Below, piece after piece: positions 11,193 through 20,625 of a DNA stretch of 60,388 nt. The translations under genes and the position numbers were made by a program. Below the pieces are notes generated by a model. That model worked only from the letters and a program-made list of their open reading frames with translations, ran no database searches and was not told the DNA's origin. Origin of the DNA: an uncultured Enterobacteriaceae bacterium (GTDB lineage: Bacteria; Pseudomonadota; Gammaproteobacteria; Burkholderiales; SG8-39); the NCBI GenBank assembly GCA_964627075.1, contig CAZVHU010000001.1, forward strand, positions 6,454-66,841, written 5' to 3'. Position 1 is the first letter of the stretch; every line of letters begins with the position of its first letter.

Positions 11193-12116
11193 GTGATTTT
11201 GCAGGGAAACGCCGGGACCCTGTTGGTTGACCCGCAGGCCTACTGGAGCGGACTCGACCGCCCTTCGCGAGTGCTGTACGCGTCGGTCGCCGCCTCGGTG
11301 CTGCTGCACGCGGCATTCCTCAGCGTGCACTTCCGCTTCCCCGACCAGTTGCGCTGGAAGTCCGGCAACCAGCCGCTCGAGGTGGTGCTCGTCAACGCCA
11401 AGACGCGCGAGCGGCCGCAGGATTCGCAGGCCCTCGCGCAGGCCAGCCTGGACGGCGGCGGCAACACCGATCTCGACCGGCGCGCGGCAACGCCGCTGCC
11501 GGTCACCGAGCCGCGCGACCCGGGGCGCGAGCTCGCGGCGGCGCAGCGCCGCCAGCGGCAGCTCGAGGCGCAGCAGCAGAGGCTGCTTGCCGCGGCGCGC
11601 GAAGCGAGCGCCGCCGCGCGCGCCGCGCCACAGACGGCGCGCGAGGCGCCCGCGGAGCAGCCCTCGCCCAACGTCTCGGGCCGCGACCTCGCGGACCTGT
11701 CGCTGGCGGCGATGCAGCTGCAGGCGCAGATCGACCGGCGCGTGCAGGAATACCAGAAGCGGCCGCGCAAGCGCTTCATCGGCGCGCGCGCCACCGAGTA
11801 CCGCTTCGCGCAGTACGAGGAGGACTGGCGCGCCAAGGTCGAGCGCCTGGGCACGCTCAACTATCCCTCGGAAGCGCGCGGCAAGCTCTACGGCAACCTG
11901 CGCCTGACGGTGACCATCCGCCCCGACGGCACGGTGGAGTCGGTGGAGCTCGACCGCTCCTCGGGCCTCAAGGTGCTGGATGCGGCGGCATTCCGCATCG
12001 TGCGCATGGCGGCGCCGTTCGCCGAGTTCCCGCCCGACATCCGCAAGGACACCGATCTGCTCGTCATCACGCGGACTTGGTTTTTTGGCCAAGGTGACAG
12101 ACTCTGGACTGAATGA
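11193..12116 (+). CDS. TonB-family C-terminal-domain protein
   Basis: 307 aa. It has an N-terminal TM segment (YASVAASVLLHAAFLSV), a charged Ala/Arg/Gln-rich linker, and a TonB_C-like end (LRLTVTIRPDGTVESVELDRSSGLKVLDAAAFRIV). Confidence 0.7.
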   Translation: MILQGNAGTLLVDPQAYWSGLDRPSRVLYASVAASVLLHAAFLSVHFRFPDQLRWKSGNQPLEVVLVNAKTRERPQDSQALAQASLDGGGNTDLDRRAATPLPVTEPRDPGRELAAAQRRQRQLEAQQQRLLAAAREASAAARAAPQTAREAPAEQPSPNVSGRDLADLSLAAMQLQAQIDRRVQEYQKRPRKRFIGARATEYRFAQYEEDWRAKVERLGTLNYPSEARGKLYGNLRLTVTIRPDGTVESVELDRSSGLKVLDAAAFRIVRMAAPFAEFPPDIRKDTDLLVITRTWFFGQGDRLWTE

Positions 12117-12219
12117 GGGTGCCGGGGGCAAGCGCCCGTGCTTCCCCCCGAGCCCCCCATCCGGGTCTCGTCGAAACGTTCGCGCAAGTTCGCCCCCGGT
12201 ATCGTAGTGACGTCGACTC

Positions 12220-13047
12220 TTGTCAGTGACTGACCGTTACGCCGTGATCGGCAATCCGGTGGCGCACTCGAAGTCGCCCTGGATCCACGCCGAGTTCGCG
12301 CGCGCCACCGGCCAGGACATGGATTACGGGCGCATCGAGGCGCCGCTCGAGGGCTTCGAGCGCGCGGTGGACGAATTCCGCGCCGCGGGCGGGCGCGGCG
12401 CCAACGTCACGCTGCCGTTCAAGGAGCGGGCGTTCCGCTACTGCAGCGCGCCGAGCGCGCGCGCCCAAGCCGCGCAGGCGGTGAACACGCTCGTCTTCGA
12501 GGGCGGCACGGTGCGCGGCGACAACACCGACGGCGCCGGGCTGGTGCGGGACCTCGGCGTCAATTGCGGCCGGAGAATCGCCGGCAGCAGGATCCTTCTC
12601 CTGGGCGCGGGCGGCGCGGCGCGCGGCGTGCTCGCGCCGCTTGCCCAGGCAGGCGCCGCGCACATCGTGATCGCCAATCGCACCGTGGCGCGCGCGCAGG
12701 CGCTCGCCGCCTCGCTCGCGGAATTCGCGGTGAGCGCCTGCGGCTACGACGTGCTCGCAGGGCAGTCGTTCGACCTCGTGATCAACGCCACCTCGGCGGG
12801 ACTCGAGGGGGCGGCGCCTCCCTTGCCGGCGGGCGTGTTCGCGCGCGGCGCGCTCGCCTACGAGATGGTCTATGGCCGCGACACGCCGTTCCTCGCCATG
12901 GCGCGCGCCGCGGGCGCCGAAGCCTGCGACGGCACCGGCATGCTGGTGGAGCAGGCGGCGGAGTCGTTCTTCCTATGGCGCGGCGTGCGGCCCGACACCG
13001 CCGCGGTGCTCGCCGCGCTGCGCCGGCGCCCACGCACCGCGCCATGA
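12220..13047 (+). CDS. aroE: Shikimate dehydrogenase
   Basis: 275 aa. It has YAVIGNPVAHSKSPWIH and the NADP-binding LLGAGGAARG. The start may be the GTG at 12226. Confidence 0.92.
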   Translation: MSVTDRYAVIGNPVAHSKSPWIHAEFARATGQDMDYGRIEAPLEGFERAVDEFRAAGGRGANVTLPFKERAFRYCSAPSARAQAAQAVNTLVFEGGTVRGDNTDGAGLVRDLGVNCGRRIAGSRILLLGAGGAARGVLAPLAQAGAAHIVIANRTVARAQALAASLAEFAVSACGYDVLAGQSFDLVINATSAGLEGAAPPLPAGVFARGALAYEMVYGRDTPFLAMARAAGAEACDGTGMLVEQAAESFFLWRGVRPDTAAVLAALRRRPRTAP

Positions 13048-13766
13048 GCGGCAAGCGCGCGCCCCGCGGGGCGCGCCTGGCGGGCCGCGTGCTCGCCTTC
13101 GCCATGCTCGCGCTGCTGGTGGCGTTCGCTGCGCTGCAGGGCTGGTATCTCGCGCACGTGCTGTGGTGGCGCGACCACCAGCCCGCGAGCACCGCCTTCA
13201 TGCAGGCGCGGCTCGAGCGCCTGCGCGAGAGCAGTCCGCAGGCCGAGCTCAAGCACCGCTGGGTCGGCTACGATCGGATTTCCGCGCACCTGAAGCGCGC
13301 GGTGGTCGCCGCCGAGGACGCCAGGTTCGTCGGCCACGAGGGCTTCGACTGGGAGGCGATCCAGAGGGCAATCGAGCGCAACGAGCGCCAGGGCAGGGTG
13401 GTCGCCGGCGCCTCGACGATCAGCCAGCAGCTGGCGAAGAACCTGTTCCTTACCGGGGAGCGCTCGTGGCTGCGCAAGGCGCAGGAAGCGGCAATCACCT
13501 GGATGCTCGAGGCGGCGCTTTCCAAGCGCCGCATTCTGGAGCTCTACCTGAACTACGCCGAGTGGGGCGAGGGGGTGTTCGGCGCCGAAGCCGCCGCGCG
13601 GCACCACTTCGGCGTCGGCGCCGCGGCGCTCGATGCGCGGCAGGCGGCGTGGCTCGCCGCGGTGCTGCCCAGCCCGCGCAGCTACCGGCGCGGCCGTACC
13701 ACGCCCTACCTCGCGGGGCGAATGGAGACGATCCAGCGGGGCATGCCGGTCGCACGCATCCCCTAG
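13044..13766 (+). CDS. mtgA: Monofunctional peptidoglycan glycosyltransferase
   Basis: The ATG at 13044 overlaps the aroE stop (ATGA). It has a TM anchor and the GT51 motifs AAEDARFVGHEGFDW and STISQQLAKN. Confidence 0.9.
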   Translation: MSGKRAPRGARLAGRVLAFAMLALLVAFAALQGWYLAHVLWWRDHQPASTAFMQARLERLRESSPQAELKHRWVGYDRISAHLKRAVVAAEDARFVGHEGFDWEAIQRAIERNERQGRVVAGASTISQQLAKNLFLTGERSWLRKAQEAAITWMLEAALSKRRILELYLNYAEWGEGVFGAEAAARHHFGVGAAALDARQAAWLAAVLPSPRSYRRGRTTPYLAGRMETIQRGMPVARIP

Positions 13767-13873
13767 CCCGAATTCGCTGGCTTCGGCCGCAGGCAATCCG
13801 ATCCACTGGATTGCCGCTGCGCGCCGCCGGGAGGGGCGCGCGGCACGCCGGCACCGCCGGCGCGGGAGCCCGG

Positions 13874-14128
13874 ATGCCGCAGACGCAGCGCTTTGGCTGG
13901 AGCATGGCCGCGGTGATGGCGCCCGTGTTCGCAGCCCTCGTGTCCTCGTGGCTGGGGACGAGCGCCGAGCAGGACGGCAAGAGCGCGCTGATCGAGGCCT
14001 CGCGCGTCGCGCGCGGCCTGAACCAGCGCCAGTCCGGCTACAGCGCGCGGAACGCCGCGCGCGCCGCGGCGAGCGTGGCGTCGATCTCCGCAGCGCCGTG
14101 CGCTCCGGAAACGAAACCCGCCTCGTAG
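13874..14128 (+). CDS. Possible small secreted or membrane protein (hypothetical)
   Basis: 84 aa. Third codon positions are strongly G/C across the 164 nt that lie outside hemL. The N-terminus is hydrophobic ([20 protein letters not shown]). The 3' 91 nt overlap the hemL end antisense, so the call is weak. Confidence 0.3.
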   Translation: MPQTQRFGWSMAAVMAPVFAALVSSWLGTSAEQDGKSALIEASRVARGLNQRQSGYSARNAARAAASVASISAAPCAPETKPAS

Positions 14129-15318
14129 GCCGAGGGCGCGAGGTACACGCCCTGCTTCAGCATGGCGTGAAAGAACCTGTTGAAGCGCTCGCGGTCGCAC
14201 TGCATCACTTCGGCGAAGCTCGCAGGCGGCGCAGCGCGGAAATACAGGCCGAACATGCTGCCGATCGCCTGTGCCGAGAACGCCACCCCGGCGCCGCGCG
14301 CTTCCTTCGCCAATCCCTCGGCGAGCGCCAGCGTGGTCGCGGCGACGCGCTCCTGGAATCCCGGCGCCTGCACCAGGCGCAAGGTGGCAAGGCCCGCGGC
14401 CACCGCCACGGGGTTGCCCGAGAGGGTGCCGGCCTGGTACACGGGGCCGAGTGGCGCGATTCTCTCCATGATGTCGCGCCGGCCGCCGAACGCGGCGAGC
14501 GGCATGCCGCCGCCGATGACCTTGCCGAGCGTCGTCAGGTCCGGGCGCACGCCGTAGCGCTGCTGCGCGCCGCCGAGCGCGACGCGGAAACCCGTCATCA
14601 CCTCGTCGAAGATCAGCACCGCGCCGTGCCTGGAGCAGGCCTCGCGCAGCGCCTCGAGGAACCCGGGCGCGGGCAGCACCAGGTTCATGTTGCCCGCCAC
14701 CGGCTCTACGATCACGCCCGCGATCTCGGCGCCGCGCGCCGCGAACAGGCGCTCGAGCTGCGCGCGGTCGTTGTAGTCGAGCACCACCGTGTGCGCCGCG
14801 GTCTCGGCCGGCACCCCCGCCGAGCTCGGGTTGCCGAAGGTGAGCGCCCCCGAGCCGGCCTTCACCAGCAGGCTGTCGGCATGGCCGTGGTAGCAGCCCT
14901 CGAACTTGACGATGAGGTTGCGGCCGGTGAAGCCACGCGCAAGGCGAATCGCCGTCATCGTCGCCTCGGTGCCCGAGGAAACCAGGCGCACCATCTCGAT
15001 CGAGGGCAGCAGTGCGCAGATCGCCTCGGCGAGCTCGATCTCGGCCTCGGTGGGCGCGCCGAAGGAAAGCGCGCGCGCGGCAGCCGCCTGCACCGCCTCC
15101 ACCACCTCGGGGTGGGTGTGGCCTGCGAGCATCGGGCCCCAGGAGCCCACATAGTCGATATAGCGGCGGCCCTCGGCGTCCCAGAGATAGGCGCCCGAGG
15201 CGCGCGCGAAGAAGGGAGGCACCCCGCCCACCGCGCGGAAGGCGCGCACCGGCGAGTTCACCCCGGCCGGGATGCGCGCCTGCGCGCGCGCGAATAGCGA
15301 CTCGTTGCTCGGGTTCAT
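14038..15318 (-). CDS. hemL: Glutamate-1-semialdehyde 2,1-aminomutase
   Basis: 426 aa from MNPSNESLF. It is a class III aminotransferase ([13 protein letters not shown]-lysine context TLGKVIGGG). Its start overlaps the thiE stop (ATGA). Confidence 0.95.
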   Translation of the reverse strand: MNPSNESLFARAQARIPAGVNSPVRAFRAVGGVPPFFARASGAYLWDAEGRRYIDYVGSWGPMLAGHTHPEVVEAVQAAAARALSFGAPTEAEIELAEAICALLPSIEMVRLVSSGTEATMTAIRLARGFTGRNLIVKFEGCYHGHADSLLVKAGSGALTFGNPSSAGVPAETAAHTVVLDYNDRAQLERLFAARGAEIAGVIVEPVAGNMNLVLPAPGFLEALREACSRHGAVLIFDEVMTGFRVALGGAQQRYGVRPDLTTLGKVIGGGMPLAAFGGRRDIMERIAPLGPVYQAGTLSGNPVAVAAGLATLRLVQAPGFQERVAATTLALAEGLAKEARGAGVAFSAQAIGSMFGLYFRAAPPASFAEVMQCDRERFNRFFHAMLKQGVYLAPSAYEAGFVSGAHGAAEIDATLAAARAAFRAL

Positions 15319-15944
15319 GCGCAGACCGCCTGGGGTCGCTCGAAAAGCCGTGCAAAGCCGCGTGCCGCGGCGCACGGGTCGGGCGCGTCGAACAGCGCCG
15401 AGATCACCGCCACGCAATCGGCGCCGGCTGCGATCGCCGCCGGAGCGTTCGCGAGCGTGATGCCGCCGATCGCGACCAGCGGCACGCCCAGGGCGCGCGC
15501 CTCGCCGAACAGCGCGAGCGGCGCGCGCACCGCGCCGGGCTTGGTGGACGAGGGGAAGACGCTGCCGAAGGCGACGTAGTCGGCGCCTTGCGCCACCGCT
15601 GCGCGCGCGAGCGCGAGCGAGTCGTAGCACGATGCGCCGAGCAGCCGCGCGCCGAGGCGCGCGCGCGCCGCCGGCAGGCCCCAGTCGTCGCGGCCGAGGT
15701 GCGCGCCGGCGGCGTCCGCCTCCAGCGCGAGCTCGACGTCGTCGTTGACGATGAGCGGCACGCCGTGCCGCCGGCACATGGCGGCGAGCGCGAGCGCCTC
15801 CGAGCGCCGCTGCGCCGCGCCGGCGAGCTTGTTGCGGTATTGCAGCGCCGCCGGCTGGCCTTGCAGCACCGCCTGCACGCGGCGCAAGAGCGCCTCGCTG
15901 TCGGCGCTGTCGGGCGTGATCGCGTAAAGGCCGCGCAGCCTCAT
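15315..15944 (-). CDS. thiE: Thiamine-phosphate synthase
   Basis: 209 aa from [12 protein letters not shown]. It has VAIGGI near the C-terminus. Its start overlaps the thiD stop (ATGA). Confidence 0.9.
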   Translation of the reverse strand: MRLRGLYAITPDSADSEALLRRVQAVLQGQPAALQYRNKLAGAAQRRSEALALAAMCRRHGVPLIVNDDVELALEADAAGAHLGRDDWGLPAARARLGARLLGASCYDSLALARAAVAQGADYVAFGSVFPSSTKPGAVRAPLALFGEARALGVPLVAIGGITLANAPAAIAAGADCVAVISALFDAPDPCAAARGFARLFERPQAVCA

Positions 15945-16783
15945 CGCGCGCCGCCTCGCTTGCGCGGATGCGCGCTCGCCTGCGGCCCGCGCCAGCTCGC
16001 AAAGCGGTCGGGCAGCGCCTGGCCGCGGCCGGCGCGGAACGCCGCCTCCAGCGTCCGCCAGGTGTAGTCCTGCGCCTCGCGCACCGCCTGCTCCAGCCCC
16101 ATGCCGCGCGCAAGCAGCGCCGCAACCGCCGAGGCGAGCGTGCAGCCCGAGCCGTGGTAGCTGCCGGGCAGGCGCGGCCAGCGGTCGCTGCGCAGCACGC
16201 CGCTTGCGCCATGGAGCGTGTTCACCACCTGTGCGCCCGGCTCGTGCGTGCCGGTGATCAGCACGTGCCTGCAGCCCAAGGCGAGCAGCCGGCGCGCGCA
16301 TTCGTCCAGCGATGGCGCCGCGCCGCCTTCGGCCGCGGCGAGCGCGCGCGCTTCGAGGCTGTTGGGCGTGAGCACCGTGGTGCGGGGAAGCAGTGTCTCG
16401 CGCAGCGCCGCGAGGGTCTCGCGCCCCGCGAGCGCGTCGCCGCGCCCCGATGCGAGCACCGGGTCGAGCACCACCGGCACCTGCGGCCGCTCGGCGAGGA
16501 GGGCGGCGATCGCCGCCGCGTTCGCCGCCGAGCCGACGACCCCGATCTTGAACGCCGCCACCGGCATGTCGGCAAGCACGCAGCGCGCCTGCCGCTCGAC
16601 CCACGCGGCGTCGACCGCCGTGAGCGCCTCGACGCCGCGCGTGTCCTGCGCCGTAAGCGCGGTAAGCACCGACGCCGGATGGCAACCGAGGCTTGCGAGC
16701 GTCAGGCAATCGGCCTGCAGCCCTGCGCCGCCCGTAGGGTCGGAGGCAGCGAAGCTGAGCACGATCGGCAGTCGCGAGTCCAT
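15941..16783 (-). CDS. thiD: Hydroxymethylpyrimidine/phosphomethylpyrimidine kinase
   Basis: 280 aa. It has [12 protein letters not shown] and the C-terminal [10 protein letters not shown] typical of ThiD. Confidence 0.92.
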   Translation of the reverse strand: MDSRLPIVLSFAASDPTGGAGLQADCLTLASLGCHPASVLTALTAQDTRGVEALTAVDAAWVERQARCVLADMPVAAFKIGVVGSAANAAAIAALLAERPQVPVVLDPVLASGRGDALAGRETLAALRETLLPRTTVLTPNSLEARALAAAEGGAAPSLDECARRLLALGCRHVLITGTHEPGAQVVNTLHGASGVLRSDRWPRLPGSYHGSGCTLASAVAALLARGMGLEQAVREAQDYTWRTLEAAFRAGRGQALPDRFASWRGPQASAHPRKRGGAR

Positions 16784-16826
16784 TGGGGCGGCGCGCGCCG
16801 CGGGCGCGGAGAGCGGCGCGACGGAA

Positions 16827-16856
16827 TGCGTTAAGATTCCGAGCCATTTTAACGCA
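16827..16856. promoter_or_regulatory. Inverted repeat TGCGTTAA-N14-TTAACGCA in the divergent thiD/rubredoxin intergenic region
   Basis: Read directly. It has 8-bp perfect arms and is AT-rich in GC-rich surroundings. It ends 23 nt upstream of the rubredoxin ATG. Confidence 0.4.
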
Positions 16857-16878
16857 CTGGTCTCCGCGCAGATTGAAG

Positions 16879-17064
16879 ATGACCGAGAACGCCGTGCAGT
16901 ACCGCACCTGGATGTGCCTGATCTGCGGCTTCGTCTACGACGAGGCGGCGGGGCTGCCAGGGGAAGGCATCGCCGCCGGTACCCGCTGGGAGGAGGTGCC
17001 GATGAACTGGACCTGCCCGGAATGCGGCGCGCGCAAGGAAGATTTCGAGATGGTGCAGATCTGA
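16879..17064 (+). CDS. Rubredoxin
   Basis: 61 aa from MTENAV. It has two CxxCG knuckles (CLICG, CPECG) and conserved aromatic residues (YRTWMC, WTCP). Confidence 0.93.
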   Translation: MTENAVQYRTWMCLICGFVYDEAAGLPGEGIAAGTRWEEVPMNWTCPECGARKEDFEMVQI

Positions 17065-17102
17065 GCGGCGCGAACGGCGCGCGTCAGACAGGAGGCGATG
17101 GC

Positions 17103-17510
17103 ATGGCGGATTCCGCAGGCCTGGCCGGCGTCAAGGTGATGGTGATCGACGACTCGAACACCATCCGCCGCAGCGCCGAGATCTTCCTGGTGCAGGCGGG
17201 CTGCCGCGTGATCCTCGCCGAGGACGGCTTCGACGCGCTCGCCAAGATCGCCGACCACCATCCCGACGTCGTGTTCGTGGACATCATGATGCCGCGCCTG
17301 GACGGCTACCAGACCTGCGCGCTCATCAAGAAGAACCCGCGCTTCGCCGCCACGCCGGTGGTGATGCTGTCCTCGCGCGACGGGCTGTTCGACCGGGCGC
17401 GCGGAAGGATGGTCGGCTCCAACCAGTACCTCACCAAGCCGTTCACGAAGGAAAGCCTGCTGCGGGCGGTGTCGCGCCATGCCGGGCGTCGCGCCGTGGC
17501 CGCGGGCTGA
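17103..17510 (+). CDS. pilG: Twitching-motility response regulator PilG (CheY-like)
   Basis: 135 aa. AGGAGG lies 7 nt upstream. It has the receiver motifs VIDDS, VFVDIMMP and LTKPF, and is first in the pilGHIJ-chpA order. Confidence 0.88.
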   Translation: MADSAGLAGVKVMVIDDSNTIRRSAEIFLVQAGCRVILAEDGFDALAKIADHHPDVVFVDIMMPRLDGYQTCALIKKNPRFAATPVVMLSSRDGLFDRARGRMVGSNQYLTKPFTKESLLRAVSRHAGRRAVAAG

Positions 17511-17520
17511 AGGAGATGAC

Positions 17521-17886
17521 ATGCCGGTGAAGAAGATCCTGGTAGTGGACGATTCGGCGACCGACCGCCAGTTCCTGCTCGAGAGCCTGTCGCGCCTCGG
17601 CTACCAGGTGGTGCTCGCCGAGAGCGGCGAGCAGGCGCTGGCGCGCGCCAAGTCGGAGCGGCCCGACCTGGTGCTGATGGACGTGGTGATGCCGGGCGTG
17701 AACGGCTTCCAGGCGACGCGCCAGCTGGCGCGCGACGACGCCACCAAGCACATCCCGGTGATCATGTGCACCACCAAGTCGCAGGAAACCGACAGGATCT
17801 GGGGATTGCGCCAGGGCGCGCGCGACTACCTGACCAAGCCGGTGAACGTCAAGGAGCTCGCCGCCAAGATCGCGGCGCTGGGCTGA
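17521..17886 (+). CDS. pilH: Response regulator PilH (CheY-like)
   Basis: 121 aa from MPVKKILVVDDS. It has LVLMDVVMP and LTKPV. Confidence 0.86.
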   Translation: MPVKKILVVDDSATDRQFLLESLSRLGYQVVLAESGEQALARAKSERPDLVLMDVVMPGVNGFQATRQLARDDATKHIPVIMCTTKSQETDRIWGLRQGARDYLTKPVNVKELAAKIAALG

Positions 17887-17890
17887 ACGC

Positions 17891-18406
17891 ATGGCGCGGC
17901 GCACCAGCCTTCGCGATTTCCAGGAAAGCCTCGCCAGCCGGCTCAAGGCCGCAGCAGGCGCGGCGGCCTCGGAGGCGCGGCTCGCGTTCGAGGCCGGCGG
18001 CAGCCTGTGGCTGGTGCGCCTGGAGGACTCGGGCGAGGTGCTGCCGGTGCCGGCGGTCGAGCGCGTGCCGCTGACGCGCGACTGGTTTCTCGGCGTCGCC
18101 AACGTGCGCGGCGTGATCTACGGCGTCACCGACCTGTCGGCGTTCCTCGGCGGCGCGCCGACCGCGCGCGGTCCTGACAACCGGCTGCTGCTCGCAGGGC
18201 AGCCGCACGGCGTGAACGCGGCGCTGCTCGTGAGCCGGCTCGCCGGCCTGCGCAACGTCGGCCAGCTCTCGCCGGTCGAGGACGCAGTGCCGCGCGCGCC
18301 GTGGGCCGAGCGCGCCTGGAGCGACGGCGAGGGGCGCGTCTGGCAGGAGCTCGAAAGTGCGAAGCTGGTTGCCGACCGCCAGTTCCTGGACGTCGCGCAG
18401 CCATAG
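17891..18406 (+). CDS. pilI: CheW-like coupling protein PilI
   Basis: 171 aa. It has a CheW-type core ([24 protein letters not shown]) and sits between pilH and pilJ. Confidence 0.8.
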   Translation: MARRTSLRDFQESLASRLKAAAGAAASEARLAFEAGGSLWLVRLEDSGEVLPVPAVERVPLTRDWFLGVANVRGVIYGVTDLSAFLGGAPTARGPDNRLLLAGQPHGVNAALLVSRLAGLRNVGQLSPVEDAVPRAPWAERAWSDGEGRVWQELESAKLVADRQFLDVAQP

Positions 18407-18431
18407 CAACCGAACCAAGCCGGGGGTAACC

Positions 18432-20513
18432 ATGGCGCTCAAGCAAGCTGAGAAAACGGGATCCGGAACTCAAGGCGCGCAGCCGGGCGGCGGCGGCAGC
18501 GCGCTGCGCACGCAGCTCGCGATCCTGATCCCGGCATTCGTGGTGCTGCTCGCGGCCGCGGGCGCCCTGGTCTGGCTCAACTACCGCGACGCGCGTCATG
18601 GCACCGTCTACATCGCCGACGCCGGCCAGCTGCGCATGCTGTCGCAGCGGCTGGCCAAGGCTTCCCTGCAGAGCCTGCTCGGCAACCCCGAGGCCTTCAA
18701 GCAGGTGCAGGCGAGCCGCGACGCCTTCGGCGCGATCCTCGCGCGCCTGGCCAAGGGCGGCGAAGCCGCGGGCGAGCGCGTGCCGCCCAGCCCCGAGAGC
18801 GTGCAGCCCGCGCTGCAGGCGCTGGCGCGCGACTGGAGCCGCACCGAGGCGAACGCCGGCACGCTGCTGCGCGAGCAGAAGAACCTGGTCGGGCTGGGGG
18901 CGGCGGTGGCGCAGGTAAACGGCTCGAACCCCGTGCTGCTCGACCTTGCCGAGCAGGTGCAGGCGCTCAAGCTGCAGGCCGGCGCCGGCGCGCGCGAGGT
19001 CTCGGCCTCGGGCCAGCTCGTGATGCTGACGCAGCGCATGGCGAAGAACGCCAACGCGCTGCTCGCCGGCGAGACCATCGACCCGGAGGTCGCGTTTCTG
19101 CTGGGCAAGGACACCAACGAGTTCCGCGGCCTGCTCACCGCCCTGCACAAGGGCAGCGACGCGATGCGGCTGCCGCCCGCCAAGGACGCCGACACGGCGG
19201 CGAAGCTCAACGAGCTGGCCGATGCGTTCAAGGGCTACCAGGAGTCGGTGGCCTCGATCCTCGGCAACATGCAGCGCCTGATCGCCGCCAAGAACGCAGC
19301 GTTCGCGATCTTCAACGACTCGGAGAAGCTGCTCGCCTCCAGCGAGAAGCTCGCCGCCGACTACGAGCGCGTGCTCGCCGCGAGCAAGACGATCTATTTC
19401 ATCGGCGCGGCCGCGGCCGCCGCGCTGGCGCTGCTCGCGCTGATGGCGCTCGCCTACCTGCGCGACGAGCGCCGCCGGCGCGAGCAGGCCGAGACGCAGC
19501 AGGCGCAGGCCACGCGCCAGAACCAGCAGACGCAATCCGCGATCCTGCGCCTGATGAACGAGATGCAGGGCTTCGCCGGCGGCGACCTCACCGCGCGCGC
19601 CACGGTGACCGAGGAGATCACCGGCGCCATCGCCGACTCGGTCAACTTCGCGATCGAGGAGCTGCGCAGCCTGGTGGGCCGGATCAACACCGCGGCCGAG
19701 CAGGTGACCAGCGCCACCGAGTCGGCGCAGCGCACCTCGGGCGAGCTGCTGGCGGCGGCGGAGAAGCAGTCCGAGGAGATCCGCAGCGCGAGCACCCAGG
19801 TGCTCGGCATGGCGCGCGCCATCAACGACGTGTCGGTGCGCGCCACCGAGTCGGCGAGCGTGGCGCGCGCCTCGCTCGCCTCTGCCGAGAAGGGCCAGGG
19901 CGCGGTGCACGAGGCGATCTCGGGCATGAACGAGATCCGCGACCAGATCCAGGAAACCGCCAAGCGCATCAAGCGCCTGGGCGAGTCGTCGCAGGAGATC
20001 GGCGAGATCGTCGAATTGATCTCGGACATCACCGAGCAGACCAACGTGCTCGCGCTCAACGCCGCCATCCAGGCCGCGAGCGCGGGCGAGGCCGGGCGCG
20101 GCTTCACCGTGGTGGCCGAGGAAGTGCAGCGCCTCGCGGAGCGCTCGGCCGAGGCGACGCGCCAGATCGGCGCGCTGGTGCGCACCATCCAGACCGACAC
20201 CCAGGACGCGGTGAGCGCGATGGAGAAGAGCACCCAGGGCGTGGTCGAGGGTACCAAGCGCTCGGACGCCGCCGGCCAGGCGCTCGGCGAGATCGGCGAG
20301 GTGTCGCAGCGCCTTGCGCAGCTGATCGAGAACATCTCGCAGACCACGCAGGCGCAGGCGCGCGCCGCGGGCGCGGTCGCCGTCAGCATGCGCTCGATCC
20401 TGGGGGTCACCGAGCAGACCACCGAGGGCACCAAGCGCACCGCGGCGTCGGTCGGGCAGCTCGCGGGCCTGGCGCGCGACCTCAAGGGCTCGGTGGCTAA
20501 CTTCAAGCTCTGA
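18432..20513 (+). CDS. pilJ: Methyl-accepting chemotaxis protein PilJ
   Basis: 693 aa from MALKQ. It has two TM segments, a helical periplasmic region, and the conserved MCP hairpin [40 protein letters not shown]. Confidence 0.9.
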   Translation: MALKQAEKTGSGTQGAQPGGGGSALRTQLAILIPAFVVLLAAAGALVWLNYRDARHGTVYIADAGQLRMLSQRLAKASLQSLLGNPEAFKQVQASRDAFGAILARLAKGGEAAGERVPPSPESVQPALQALARDWSRTEANAGTLLREQKNLVGLGAAVAQVNGSNPVLLDLAEQVQALKLQAGAGAREVSASGQLVMLTQRMAKNANALLAGETIDPEVAFLLGKDTNEFRGLLTALHKGSDAMRLPPAKDADTAAKLNELADAFKGYQESVASILGNMQRLIAAKNAAFAIFNDSEKLLASSEKLAADYERVLAASKTIYFIGAAAAAALALLALMALAYLRDERRRREQAETQQAQATRQNQQTQSAILRLMNEMQGFAGGDLTARATVTEEITGAIADSVNFAIEELRSLVGRINTAAEQVTSATESAQRTSGELLAAAEKQSEEIRSASTQVLGMARAINDVSVRATESASVARASLASAEKGQGAVHEAISGMNEIRDQIQETAKRIKRLGESSQEIGEIVELISDITEQTNVLALNAAIQAASAGEAGRGFTVVAEEVQRLAERSAEATRQIGALVRTIQTDTQDAVSAMEKSTQGVVEGTKRSDAAGQALGEIGEVSQRLAQLIENISQTTQAQARAAGAVAVSMRSILGVTEQTTEGTKRTAASVGQLAGLARDLKGSVANFKL

Positions 20514-20625
20514 GCGCAGCGGCTCATGCCATGAGACATCCTGTGTCAACCGAGCTCGGGGGGCGCGGGGGGGCCGGGAAGGCTCCGAACGCCGTTACCG
20601 GAAGGGGCCCGGCCCCCACGCTCCC

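Noticed and set aside
16784-16878. TPP riboswitch upstream of thiD
   Set aside because: I could not find the conserved CUGAGA and pyrimidine-sensor helix sequences on either strand. Only a simple inverted repeat is present.
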